From Candidatus Binatus sp. (GTDB lineage Bacteria > Acidobacteriota > Terriglobia > Terriglobales > Acidobacteriaceae): a DNA stretch of 64,000 nt. Position numbers and translations under genes: made by a program. The DNA is taken from assembly GCA_035482825.1 (NCBI GenBank), contig DATHQJ010000044.1, forward strand, positions 2,164-66,163. Reading direction: 5' to 3'. The notes beneath the pieces were generated by a model. It saw nothing but the letters and a program-made list of their open reading frames with translations, searched no databases and had not been told where the DNA came from. Of this stretch, positions 26,319 to 35,176 are shown one piece after another. Numbering within the stretch: position 1 is the stretch's first letter; each line of letters begins with the position of its first letter.

Positions 26319-27923
26319 ATGCATCCGACGTTTGCGAAGGCAGTACTAGTTTTCGCGGCCATCCTGGCCGTAGTCCCCGGCATACATGCTTGCACCGGCC
26401 CCGCAGCACTCGAAGCGAAACTCCGCGTCCAGCCCGATGCCGACACTTATACCGAACTCGGGAATTGGTTCGGCGACCACAAGCAATACGACTGTGCCCT
26501 CGAGGCGTTTCAGAACGCTCTCAAGTTAGAACCAGGGTCGGCCAAGCTTTACTACCTGGTTGGCCTTACCCTTTACGCTTCCGGGCACACGCAAGAAGCG
26601 ATCAAGCCGCTTGGGCAATCGATTTTTCTCATGCCTGAGGTGCTAAAGCCGCACCTGCTTCTGGCGTCCGCGCTCGATCAACTGCAGCGTCACCAGGAAG
26701 CCATCTCCGAATGGCAATCCGCGTTGCGTATCGATCATCTCTCGATCGAAGCGCTCGACGGCATCAGCAACTCCCTGATGGCCGTGGGAGACTACCCCTC
26801 CGCGATCGAGGCTTTGCGCGACGCCCCGCGCAGCGAGACCCTGACCCTCGATCTAGCCCTGGCTTATGGCAAATCGAATATGCTCGACAAGTCTTCCGAG
26901 GTTCTCACCAAGGCTCTCCAGCGGAATCCAGCCTCGTTGCCGTTGACTGCTGCGTTGGTGACCGTCCTCGTGCAGCAAGTGCACTTCCAGGAGGCCGTCC
27001 ATCTCGCCGAAAAGTCGGCACGTCTTCATCCTGGGAATCTCGAAGCAGAACGGCTTTATCTGCACGTTCTCGTGCTCAATGGCGATTCCGCTCCCGCCCA
27101 GCCGTTAGCCCGCAAGCTGCTCGCCGCCCATCCTCATGATTTTGATTTCCTGTATCTCAGCGGCATCCTGGAGAATCAGTCCGGACAATATGCCGCTGGC
27201 CGGGGCTATTTGGAGAAGGCGGTCGCTCTCGATCCCAAACACTACAACGCGCGCTACAACCTAGGGGTCTCGCTGCTTGAACTCAAAGAATACACCGAGG
27301 CCCGCGAGCAATTGAGCAAGGCGTTAGAACTGGGTGGAACCGAACCGGAGATTCGCTTCAAATATGCGACGGCTCTGCGGAATCTGGGCGAGACCGAACT
27401 GGCGAAGCAACAACTCGAGCTTTACCAGAAACAATTGCAGGCCAACCAACGCCATGCGCTCGCCGCCAGCAAGACCGCGCAAGGCGACAAGGAATTCGCC
27501 ACCGGAGATGCGCAAAAAGCAGTGGCCGACTATCGCGAGGCCGTCGAGGCGAGTCCCGATGATCCTCGGCTCGCCTACAAGCTGGCGCTGGCGCTGGACC
27601 GCACCGGGGACGTCGAGTCCGAGCGCGCCGCGTTGGAGCAGGCGGTTAAGCTTGATCCTGGATTCGCTCTGGCGCAAGACCAACTTGGCTATCTGGCGTC
27701 GCGTGGCGGTGACTCGGCTTCCGCTGAAGAACACTTCCGTCTGGCAGTGCGCGCCGCGCCGGGCTACACCCAGGCCTGGATCAGCCTGGCGGCGACTCTT
27801 GGGATGGAGTCCCGCTTCCCCGAGGCGCAGGAGGCTCTGGCCAGCGCCCTCAAACTTGAGCCCGCCAATGCCGAAGCTCTGCAACTCCGCAAGGATCTGA
27901 CCGCCGCACAAGGACAGCGCTGA
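26319..27923 (+). CDS. Exported TPR repeat protein
   Basis: MHPTFAKAVLVFAAILAVVPGIHAC signal, then ~12 TPR units (e.g. YTELGNWFGDHKQYDCALEAFQNALKLEPGSAKLYYLVG). ORF-track start 26013 overlaps the divergent cytochrome gene, so the start is placed at ATG 26319 (alternative ATG 26256). Confidence 0.82.
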   Translation: MHPTFAKAVLVFAAILAVVPGIHACTGPAALEAKLRVQPDADTYTELGNWFGDHKQYDCALEAFQNALKLEPGSAKLYYLVGLTLYASGHTQEAIKPLGQSIFLMPEVLKPHLLLASALDQLQRHQEAISEWQSALRIDHLSIEALDGISNSLMAVGDYPSAIEALRDAPRSETLTLDLALAYGKSNMLDKSSEVLTKALQRNPASLPLTAALVTVLVQQVHFQEAVHLAEKSARLHPGNLEAERLYLHVLVLNGDSAPAQPLARKLLAAHPHDFDFLYLSGILENQSGQYAAGRGYLEKAVALDPKHYNARYNLGVSLLELKEYTEAREQLSKALELGGTEPEIRFKYATALRNLGETELAKQQLELYQKQLQANQRHALAASKTAQGDKEFATGDAQKAVADYREAVEASPDDPRLAYKLALALDRTGDVESERAALEQAVKLDPGFALAQDQLGYLASRGGDSASAEEHFRLAVRAAPGYTQAWISLAATLGMESRFPEAQEALASALKLEPANAEALQLRKDLTAAQGQR

Positions 27924-27968
27924 AGAACTACAATCCAACCGACCGTATATAAGGATGAAGTCGCAAGC

Positions 27969-29747
27969 ATGAAGACAGACCCAAAACCCGGTCCCTGGAC
28001 TAGGCGCCGCTTGCTGCAAACACTGCCGGCGATCTTGGCGCCCGCGCTGGTGCCCGCGGAGCTTCGTGCCGTGGTTAGCCCGACGAATGCTGGCCCCCCG
28101 AAGCCCGCCCCGTTCTCCCGCTTCGTCGACGTCAGCGAGCCCGCGGGTCTTACCCAGACAATGTTCTACGGTGATTCAAGCCACAACACCTACATCATCG
28201 AGGTCAACGGCGCGGGATGCGCATTCTTTGATTACGACAACGATGGCTGGATGGACGCCTTCATCCTCGGAGGCCGCCGCCTCGAAGGCATTCCGCCCGG
28301 AGCCAGCAACCGTCTCTACCACAACAACCGCGACGGCACGTTCACCGATGTCACCGCGAAAGCTGGCCTGACCGATGCCGGCTGGGCCTGCGGCGTATGC
28401 GTCGGCGACTACAACAACGACGGCTTTGAAGACCTCTACCTTACCTACTACGGGCAGAACCGTCTCTACCGCAATAACGGCGACGGCACCTTCACCGACG
28501 TGACCGAAAAAGCCGGGCTGCATGACTCTCGTACTCGCTTTGGCTCGGGCTGCACCTTTGTCGATTACAACCGCGACGGCTTGCTCGATCTGTTCGTTTC
28601 CAACTACGTCGAGATCGATCTTGCCACCGCCCCCAAGCCATCGATGCAGGTGCCCAACTGTAATTTCGAGGGCGTGGCTACGAATTGCGGCCCGGGCGGC
28701 CTCGCCATGCCCTACCACTCTCTCTACCGCAATAACGGTGACGGCACGTTTACCGATGTTTCCAGGGAGTCGGGGGTCGCCGCGCTCCGCACTTCCTACG
28801 GCTTTACCGCGGTCGCCCTTGACGTCGACGAGGACGGCTGGCAAGACATCTTCGTGGCCTGCGATGCCACGCCCAGTCTTCTTCTGATGAACAATCACGA
28901 TGGCACGTTTCGCGAGGAGGGATTGTTGCGCGGCGTCGCTCTCGGAAGCTCTGGCGAACCCTTGGGCGGTATGGGAGTGGGAGTCGGCGACTTTGATCTC
29001 GATGGTCACATCGATCTGGTCAAGACTCACTTCGTCAACCAGGCCAACGGACTCTACCGCAACAACGGCAAGGGAGAATTCGACGATCTCACGTTCCGCG
29101 CCGGTCTGGGCGGCGAACGCCGCTTCAGTTGTTGGGGCACAGGATTGGTCGACCTCGACAACGACGGCCATCCTGACATCTTCATGGTTGCCGGAACGGT
29201 CGCCCCGGAACTGGAACGCGTTTATAACAAGTATCCAGCGCGGAATCCACGCCTGGTTTTCCGCAACCAGGGGAACGGAACTTTCGTTGAACTGGGCGAC
29301 GAGGCCGGTCCCGCCATCGCATCGCGCCACGTGAGCCGCGGGTGCGCCTTCGGCGACTTCGACAACGACGGCGACCTCGACATCCTCATCATGAACCGGA
29401 ATGAACCTCCCACGCTGCTGCGCAACGACGCTCCCACCGGCAATCATTGGATCAAGCTTCGCCTGGAAGGAACCAAGAGCAATCGCAGCGCGATCGGCGC
29501 CCGTGTGCTGGTGCGTTACAGCGGAAAAGTGCAGGCTCAATCCCTGACCAGCCAGTCGAGTTTTATCTCGGCGAACGATCCGCGCCTGCACTTTGGCCTG
29601 GGCGCCGCATCGAAAGCCAGCATTGAAATTCACTGGCCCGCCGGCACGACCGAAACCTTCGCCGATCTCCCCGCCGATCAACTCGTGACGATTCGCGAAG
29701 GCCAAGGCATCATCAAAGGACGCCCATTCAGCAAAGAAAAACTGTGA
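27969..29747 (+). CDS. CRTAC1-family protein (FG-GAP/VCBS repeats plus ASPIC/UnbV domain), paralog 2, Tat-type signal
   Basis: Twin-arginine leader WTRRRLLQTLPAILAPALVPAELRA. Repeats FDYDNDGWMDAF, DYNNDGFEDLY, DYNRDGLLDLF, DVDEDGWQDIF, DFDLDGHIDLV, DLDNDGHPDIF, DFDNDGDLDIL. UnbV-like end HWIKLRLEGTKSNRSAIGARVLV. Confidence 0.9.
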   Translation: MKTDPKPGPWTRRRLLQTLPAILAPALVPAELRAVVSPTNAGPPKPAPFSRFVDVSEPAGLTQTMFYGDSSHNTYIIEVNGAGCAFFDYDNDGWMDAFILGGRRLEGIPPGASNRLYHNNRDGTFTDVTAKAGLTDAGWACGVCVGDYNNDGFEDLYLTYYGQNRLYRNNGDGTFTDVTEKAGLHDSRTRFGSGCTFVDYNRDGLLDLFVSNYVEIDLATAPKPSMQVPNCNFEGVATNCGPGGLAMPYHSLYRNNGDGTFTDVSRESGVAALRTSYGFTAVALDVDEDGWQDIFVACDATPSLLLMNNHDGTFREEGLLRGVALGSSGEPLGGMGVGVGDFDLDGHIDLVKTHFVNQANGLYRNNGKGEFDDLTFRAGLGGERRFSCWGTGLVDLDNDGHPDIFMVAGTVAPELERVYNKYPARNPRLVFRNQGNGTFVELGDEAGPAIASRHVSRGCAFGDFDNDGDLDILIMNRNEPPTLLRNDAPTGNHWIKLRLEGTKSNRSAIGARVLVRYSGKVQAQSLTSQSSFISANDPRLHFGLGAASKASIEIHWPAGTTETFADLPADQLVTIREGQGIIKGRPFSKEKL

Positions 29748-29754
29748 TCCGAAT

Positions 29755-29783
29755 TCCTTCGTGATCCTTCGTGTCCTTTGTGG
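29755..29783 (+). repeat. 10-nt tandem repeat TCCTTCGTGA / TCCTTCGTGT / CCTTTGTGG just after the CRTAC1-2 stop
   Basis: Read directly: 29755-29764, 29765-29774, and a degenerate third copy at 29775-29783. Confidence 0.7.
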
Positions 29784-29892
29784 CTGAAAGTTTCCGTACA
29801 CCTCGAGATCGCTCCGCAACTTTTCCCGCACGATGGCCGAGCATTTCATTTACAGTATCTTGTTCGATCAGCATGGCGGTTGGGAGCGGACA

Positions 29893-31428
29893 ATGATGAA
29901 AACGGGCTCAGTTTCGCGACGTAAATTCCTCGGGCAAAGCGCCGCAGCGGCGATTGGCTTTTCGATTGTTCCGCGCCGCGTGTTGGGCGGCGTGGGCTAT
30001 GTCCCGCCCAGCGACAAAGTCAATATCGCATTCATTGGCGTTGGGGCTCAGGGATTGCGCGTCATGCTCCATTTCCTGAAAGAGCCTGACGTTCAGGGCG
30101 TGGCCGTCTGCGACGTCAATAAAACCGGCGCGAATTATCCGCAGTGGAGCACGCATGAGTTCTGCAACTCTGTCCGCAAGTTGCTCGGCGTTAGCAGCGG
30201 ATGGGATTGGCTCAGTCCCGATCAGCCCATCCAGTTGAGCCATACTCTCGCTGTCACCAGCGGCGTAGCCGGACGCGAACCTTGCCAGAAAATTGTCGAC
30301 GGCTATTATGGCGTACAGCAGCGGTCCGGCAAGTACAGCGGCTGCGCGGCCTACAACGACTTCCGCGAATTGCTCGAGAAGCAGAAGGATCTTGACGCCG
30401 TAGTCGTGTGTACCACCGACAACCTGCATGCCGCCGTTTCCGCCGCGGCGATGAAGAAGCGCAAACATGTTTTTTGTCAGAAGCCTTTAACCCACACCAT
30501 CTATGAGGCGCGCCGCATCGCCGAAATCGCTCGTGAAACTGGGGTCGCCACGCAAATTGCTGTCGGCAACCAGGCTTCCGAATCCACGCGCCAACTCTGT
30601 GAATGGATTTGGGCTGGCGCGATTGGCCCGGTGCGCGAAGTCAAGAACTGGTCGAGCCGTCCCTTCTGGCCGCAAGGCGTCGAACGCCCGAAGGAAACTG
30701 AAACCGTGCCCGAAGGTTTGGATTGGGATCTCTGGCTCGGCCCCGCGCCGCAGCGGCCTTTCAATCGCGCATACTTGCCGTTTGTATGGCGCGGCTGGAG
30801 CGAATTCGGCTGCGGCGCCCTGGGCGACATGGGTTCCTACAGTTTCGACACCATTTTTCGCGTGCTGAAACTGGAGGCGCCCGTGAGTGTGGAGTCGAGT
30901 TCCAGCGACCGCTATGACGAAACCTATCCGCTGGCCTCGATCGTCCGCTACAGCTTTCCCGCGCGTGGCGACATGCCACCGGTAAAATTCACGTGGTACG
31001 ACGGCGGCCTGAAGCCAGAGCGTCCCGAGGAACTGGAAGAAAATCGCCCGTTCAAGAACGAACAAGAAGGAGAGGAGGGCGAAGGCATGCTCTTCATCGG
31101 CGATCGCGGAAAAATCCTCTGCACCTTCAATGGCGGCAATCCCCAAATCATTCCGCAATCAAAAATGGACGCCTACAAGCCGCCGCCAAAAACTCTGCCC
31201 CGCTCTCCCGGCAATGAGCGCGAATGGCTCGACGCCTGCAAGGGCGGCAAAGTAAAACCGGGCGGCAATTTCGAATTCGAAGGCTTAGTCACCGAAACGC
31301 TGCTGCTGGGAAACGTAGCCAGTCGCATGGGACAAAAGCTGACATGGGATCGCTCGAAACTCAGCGTGAATTCTGATGTCGCCCAGAAATTCGTCCAGCC
31401 GGAACGCCGAAGCGGCTGGGAACTCTAG
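29893..31428 (+). CDS. Tat-exported Gfo/Idh/MocA family oxidoreductase
   Basis: ATG 29893 after GGGAG. Tat leader SRRKFLGQSAAAAIGFSIV. Rossmann start VNIAFIGVGAQG. Typical Gfo/Idh/MocA core ..DAVVVCTTDNLHAAVSAAAMKKRKHVFCQKPL. Confidence 0.88.
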   Translation: MMKTGSVSRRKFLGQSAAAAIGFSIVPRRVLGGVGYVPPSDKVNIAFIGVGAQGLRVMLHFLKEPDVQGVAVCDVNKTGANYPQWSTHEFCNSVRKLLGVSSGWDWLSPDQPIQLSHTLAVTSGVAGREPCQKIVDGYYGVQQRSGKYSGCAAYNDFRELLEKQKDLDAVVVCTTDNLHAAVSAAAMKKRKHVFCQKPLTHTIYEARRIAEIARETGVATQIAVGNQASESTRQLCEWIWAGAIGPVREVKNWSSRPFWPQGVERPKETETVPEGLDWDLWLGPAPQRPFNRAYLPFVWRGWSEFGCGALGDMGSYSFDTIFRVLKLEAPVSVESSSSDRYDETYPLASIVRYSFPARGDMPPVKFTWYDGGLKPERPEELEENRPFKNEQEGEEGEGMLFIGDRGKILCTFNGGNPQIIPQSKMDAYKPPPKTLPRSPGNEREWLDACKGGKVKPGGNFEFEGLVTETLLLGNVASRMGQKLTWDRSKLSVNSDVAQKFVQPERRSGWEL

Positions 31429-31483
31429 CCGCAAATGAAACGAACATAACGATGCACTCCACACCCTGAGTTAAGGAGAAATA

Positions 31484-32347
31484 ATGGCTTCAATTTCAAG
31501 AAGAGAATTTCTGAAGAGTGCCGCGACTTACACGGCCGCGGCCGGCCTACTTTCCTCAGGCGCGCTCAAGCTTCGCGCCGATCCTCTCGGCATGCCCATT
31601 GGATGCCAGACCTGGCCCGTCCGCGAAATGATCGCCAAGGACTTTCCCGGAACCATGAAGCAGCTTGCCGCTGCCGGATTTCAGACCATCGAACTGTGCT
31701 CACCCGTGGGTTACTCCGATCTCGGCTTCGGCGGCCTCGCCAAATATAAGGGAGCCGAGCTGCGAAAAATTCTCGGCGATGCCGGCGTCAGTTGCATCAG
31801 TTCTCATTTCGGCATCGAGGAACTTCGCGACGGTCAGCAGCGAGCCATTGATTGGGCGAAAGATATCGGCCTCACTCAAATGCTGGTGCCGAGTCTCGAC
31901 GGCCCCGAGAAGCCAACCATGGACGACGTGAAGCGTGCAGCCGACGAATACAACAAAATGGGCGAGCTAGCGGCCAAAGCGGGCATCCAGCAGGGACTTC
32001 ACAATGAGGGCTTCGAACTCTCGATGGTGGACGGCAAACGAACCTACGACCTGTTGTTCGACCTCCTCGACCCGAAACTGGTCAAGTTCCAGTTCCAGGT
32101 TTCCACCATCAGCAAGGGTTACGATGCCGCGGAATACTTCACGAAGTATCCCGGCCGCTTCATTTCCATGCACGTGCAAGGCTGGTCCTCGGAAACCAAG
32201 AAGCTGATGCCGGTAGGGCAGGACTCGCTGGATTGGAAGAAGATTTTCGCAGCCGCGAAAACCGGCGGCATCAAGAATTATTTCGTCGAAATGAGCCTGG
32301 AAATGATGACTGCCAGCGTTCCCTATTTACATGGTCTTCAGGTCTGA
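31484..32347 (+). CDS. Tat-exported sugar phosphate isomerase/epimerase (xylose-isomerase-like TIM barrel)
   Basis: AAGGAG RBS upstream. Tat leader SRREFLKSAATYTAAAGLL. TIM-barrel (AP_endonuc_2-like) pattern ..AGFQTIEL.., ..GLHNEGFE.., ..ISMHVQGW. Confidence 0.82.
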   Translation: MASISRREFLKSAATYTAAAGLLSSGALKLRADPLGMPIGCQTWPVREMIAKDFPGTMKQLAAAGFQTIELCSPVGYSDLGFGGLAKYKGAELRKILGDAGVSCISSHFGIEELRDGQQRAIDWAKDIGLTQMLVPSLDGPEKPTMDDVKRAADEYNKMGELAAKAGIQQGLHNEGFELSMVDGKRTYDLLFDLLDPKLVKFQFQVSTISKGYDAAEYFTKYPGRFISMHVQGWSSETKKLMPVGQDSLDWKKIFAAAKTGGIKNYFVEMSLEMMTASVPYLHGLQV

Positions 32348-33769
32348 CGCGGCCGCCGCGACAGAGGATCGCGCCAACTTGCGCCACCGGTAGTAGAACG
32401 GAATGCCCGCGACGATCACGAGTAGCCCAAGCGAGGACCGCACCGGGCGGGCCATCCATAGATTCATGGTCAACGCGACCGCCGCGACTAAGAAGAGAAT
32501 CGGCGTCCAGGGATAACCCCAGGCCCGGTACGGCCTCATCAGGTCGGGCTCGGTTCGCCGCAATCGCAGCACGGCGATAGCAGTCAGCGCGAAAAAAATC
32601 CAGACTGCAAAAACAAAGAGCGAATAAAGCTCTTCAAACGTTCCGGTCAATGCCAGTAGCGTCGCGACGGCTCCAAGAAAAACCAACGCTCCACTGGGAG
32701 TGCGGTACGAGGGCTGAATCCGCGTGGCAAATCGGAAAAAGACGCCGTCCCGCGCCATCGCATACGGAATGCGCGCGCCCGTCATGACCACGACGTGCAG
32801 CGCTCCCAACGCTGAAATTGCCATCGCCACCGTAAGCCAGGCTGCCCCACGCGATCCCGCAAATGACCGAACCACATCGGACGCCACGTGCTCGGAGGAG
32901 GCGATCTGCGCGAACGTCAACGCGTGAAAGTAAACCACATTCGCCAGCAGGTAGAGCCCGCCGACCGTGAGCAATCCAAGAATGATCGCAATCGGAATAT
33001 TCTTTTGCGGCTGCACTATTTCTTCGCCCAGGTCGCCCAGATCGTTGAACCCGTTGTACGCCCACATGGCCGGAACCAGGGCGGTCAGCACAGCGCCGAT
33101 CGTTCCCCAGTTGATCATGTTCCAACTCAAGTGCGCAGCCGACGGGCCGACCTCGATCCCATGCGCCGTTCCGAACAAAACGCCGGCGACCACGATCACA
33201 AGGATCGTTCCCATCTTCAAACATGTCAGCAGCACTTGAATTGCTCCGCCCATCTCGACACTCAAATAGTTAATCGCGGTCACCGCCAGCACCACCGACG
33301 CCGCCAGTGGCTGCGCTGCGGTGAACGTGAAGACATAATTTCCCAGATGTCCGCGGAACAAAGGCGTGCCCACAACCGGGAAAAGAAATCCGGCGAATCG
33401 CAGAAGTCCCGCGGCCAGCGTTGCCATGGCCACCGGCCGCTCCAGAAACGAACTCATCCATCCGAAGAGAAATCCCCAGAGCGGGCCAAGACCGCGAGTA
33501 AGATAAACGTAAGGCCCGCCCGCCTTGGGAAAGGCCGCACCCAGTTCGGCGTAGCAGAATGCGCCGCACAGCACGATGAGCCCGCCGAGAATCCACGCCA
33601 CAAACACCAGACCCGCCGAACCAACCGCGCGGGCCATGTCGCTGGTGACCAGAAAAACTCCCGTGCCAATGGTGTCGCCGATCACGATGGCGGTCGCGGC
33701 CCACAAACCTAATCCACGAACCAAATCAGTTTGCCCGGTTTTCGTTTGACGCGCCAGATCCGACCCCAT
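32327..33769 (-). CDS. APC-superfamily amino acid permease
   Basis: About 12 hydrophobic segments. N-terminal motif LGLWAATAIVIGDTIGTGVFL is typical of the amino acid/polyamine/organocation family. Confidence 0.88.
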   Translation of the reverse strand: MGSDLARQTKTGQTDLVRGLGLWAATAIVIGDTIGTGVFLVTSDMARAVGSAGLVFVAWILGGLIVLCGAFCYAELGAAFPKAGGPYVYLTRGLGPLWGFLFGWMSSFLERPVAMATLAAGLLRFAGFLFPVVGTPLFRGHLGNYVFTFTAAQPLAASVVLAVTAINYLSVEMGGAIQVLLTCLKMGTILVIVVAGVLFGTAHGIEVGPSAAHLSWNMINWGTIGAVLTALVPAMWAYNGFNDLGDLGEEIVQPQKNIPIAIILGLLTVGGLYLLANVVYFHALTFAQIASSEHVASDVVRSFAGSRGAAWLTVAMAISALGALHVVVMTGARIPYAMARDGVFFRFATRIQPSYRTPSGALVFLGAVATLLALTGTFEELYSLFVFAVWIFFALTAIAVLRLRRTEPDLMRPYRAWGYPWTPILFLVAAVALTMNLWMARPVRSSLGLLVIVAGIPFYYRWRKLARSSVAAAASDLKTM

Positions 33770-33937
33770 TTCGCCTTCGAAGGTTCAGAGAGCCTACTCT
33801 CAGCGCTGTAGCGCGTCAACCAGCGCCCGTCTCGCCGATTCAGGATCAGGATGAAGCCCGGCCACGCTTTGGCCGGGCCGCAATTCCGCGTTATCATCCT
33901 AAGCACCGCGGTTCGAGGCCTGTGCAGAAGTCAGGAT

Positions 33938-33979
33938 TGAGCGAATCATTATGAGCGAATCGTGATGTCCGAATCATGC
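33938..33979 (+). repeat. Three tandem 14-nt units (TGAGCGAATCATTA / TGAGCGAATCGTGA / TGTCCGAATCATGC) overlapping the start codon of the D-TA-like gene
   Basis: Read directly. Units 1 and 2 match at 12/14 positions, units 1 and 3 at 10/14. ATGs at 33951, 33965 and 33976 fall in three different frames. Confidence 0.75.
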
Positions 33980-35163
33980 TGAACAAATTCAACTGGGATC
34001 AACGCTACCGAGTGTCCGTCATCGAAGACGTGCTGACTCCCGCGCTGGTTCTATATCCCGATCTCATTGCCGCGAACATTCAACAAACCCTGAATCTGCT
34101 GGAGGGTGACGCCGACCGCTGGCGCGCGCACATCAAGACCGCGAAGCTCGGACTCACTCTGCGAATGCTAGTAGAACGCGGCATCCGCAACTTCAAATGC
34201 GCGACTACGCTGGAATTGCTAGTGGCCTGCCGAAACGGCGCCACCGACGTGCTGCTGGCCTATCCCGTGATGGGCGCGAACGCGCGCCGCACACAGGATA
34301 TAGCGCGGCAGTTTCCCGAGGTTCGCATTTCCGTTCTTGCCGAAAACGAAGACCAGGTGCGGCAATGGCATGCCAGCCGCATGGGAATTTTTCTCGACAT
34401 CAATCCGGGCATGAATCGCACCGGAATCGATCAGAGGCAGACCGATAGAGTGGTCAGACTGGCCCGCGCGATTACCGATGCCGGCCTGGAGTTTCGCGGC
34501 CTGCACTACTATGACGGCCAATTCGGTGGCCTGATCGACGGCGAAGGAAATAGCGAACGGACGCAGGCGGCACACCGCGGCTATGATCGCCTGCTGGAAA
34601 TTGTGAACGAACTCAATCGCTCCGGCGTTAGTGTGTCCGAAGTGATCACGTCAGGCACGCCCACGTTCCCCAGTTCGCTCACCTACGAAGGTTTTCGCCG
34701 CGGCAATTTCCTCCATCGCATGTCGCCCGGAACCATCGTTTATTGCGACGCCAGCAGTCTCGATCAACTCCCGAGCAAATACGGCTATCAGCCGGCGGCG
34801 CTGGTGCTGACGCGCGTAGTGAGCCACCCGCATCCGGGGATCGTCACCTGCGACGCCGGCCACAAAACCGTCTCCGCCGATGCCGGCGTGCCGACGTGCG
34901 TGGTCCTCGGCCATCCCGAACTCACTCCGCTCTCGCCCAGCGAAGAGCATCTTCCTCTCAAAGTGGCGCAGGAGGCGACTGCTCCACAGGTTGGAGAAAT
35001 GTTGTACCTGCTACCGCGACATATTTGCCCAACGGTGAACAATTTCGATTGTGCGCTCCTGGCGAAAGATGGCAACATCGACGCGCTGGAGCATGTTTCG
35101 GCGCGGGGCCGCGAAGCGCCGTTGTTGAAGATGGTAGAACAAGGCGTCTCCGCTCAAAGCTAG
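33976..35163 (+). CDS. D-TA family PLP-dependent enzyme (D-threonine aldolase / D-serine dehydratase-like, alanine-racemase-N fold)
   Basis: TPALVLYPDLIAANIQ.. N-terminus, putative PLP-Lys context RAHIKTAKL, FKCATTLE, and a C-terminal D-serine-dehydratase-like segment ..CDAGHKTVSAD..EEHLPL. Confidence 0.8.
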   Translation: MLNKFNWDQRYRVSVIEDVLTPALVLYPDLIAANIQQTLNLLEGDADRWRAHIKTAKLGLTLRMLVERGIRNFKCATTLELLVACRNGATDVLLAYPVMGANARRTQDIARQFPEVRISVLAENEDQVRQWHASRMGIFLDINPGMNRTGIDQRQTDRVVRLARAITDAGLEFRGLHYYDGQFGGLIDGEGNSERTQAAHRGYDRLLEIVNELNRSGVSVSEVITSGTPTFPSSLTYEGFRRGNFLHRMSPGTIVYCDASSLDQLPSKYGYQPAALVLTRVVSHPHPGIVTCDAGHKTVSADAGVPTCVVLGHPELTPLSPSEEHLPLKVAQEATAPQVGEMLYLLPRHICPTVNNFDCALLAKDGNIDALEHVSARGREAPLLKMVEQGVSAQS

Positions 35164-35176
35164 CCGATGATGGGAG

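Noticed and set aside
28176-29849. 557-aa minus-strand ORF antisense to CRTAC1-2. Similar long antisense ORFs occur at 20537-21610, 21911-22915, 17768-18769, 8191-9108, 11442-12182 and 47025-47753.
   Set aside because: These are shadow ORFs of the kind expected in high-GC DNA. Their translations are Arg/Gly/Ala/Val-rich with no recognisable motifs, while the opposite strand encodes proteins with clear domain signatures.
33857-33877. GC hairpin CCCGGCC-acgcttt-GGCCGGG in the permease/D-TA divergent spacer.
   Set aside because: There is no U-tract on either strand and it lies between two divergent starts, so it is not a terminator. A 7-bp stem in 60% GC DNA is weak evidence for an operator.
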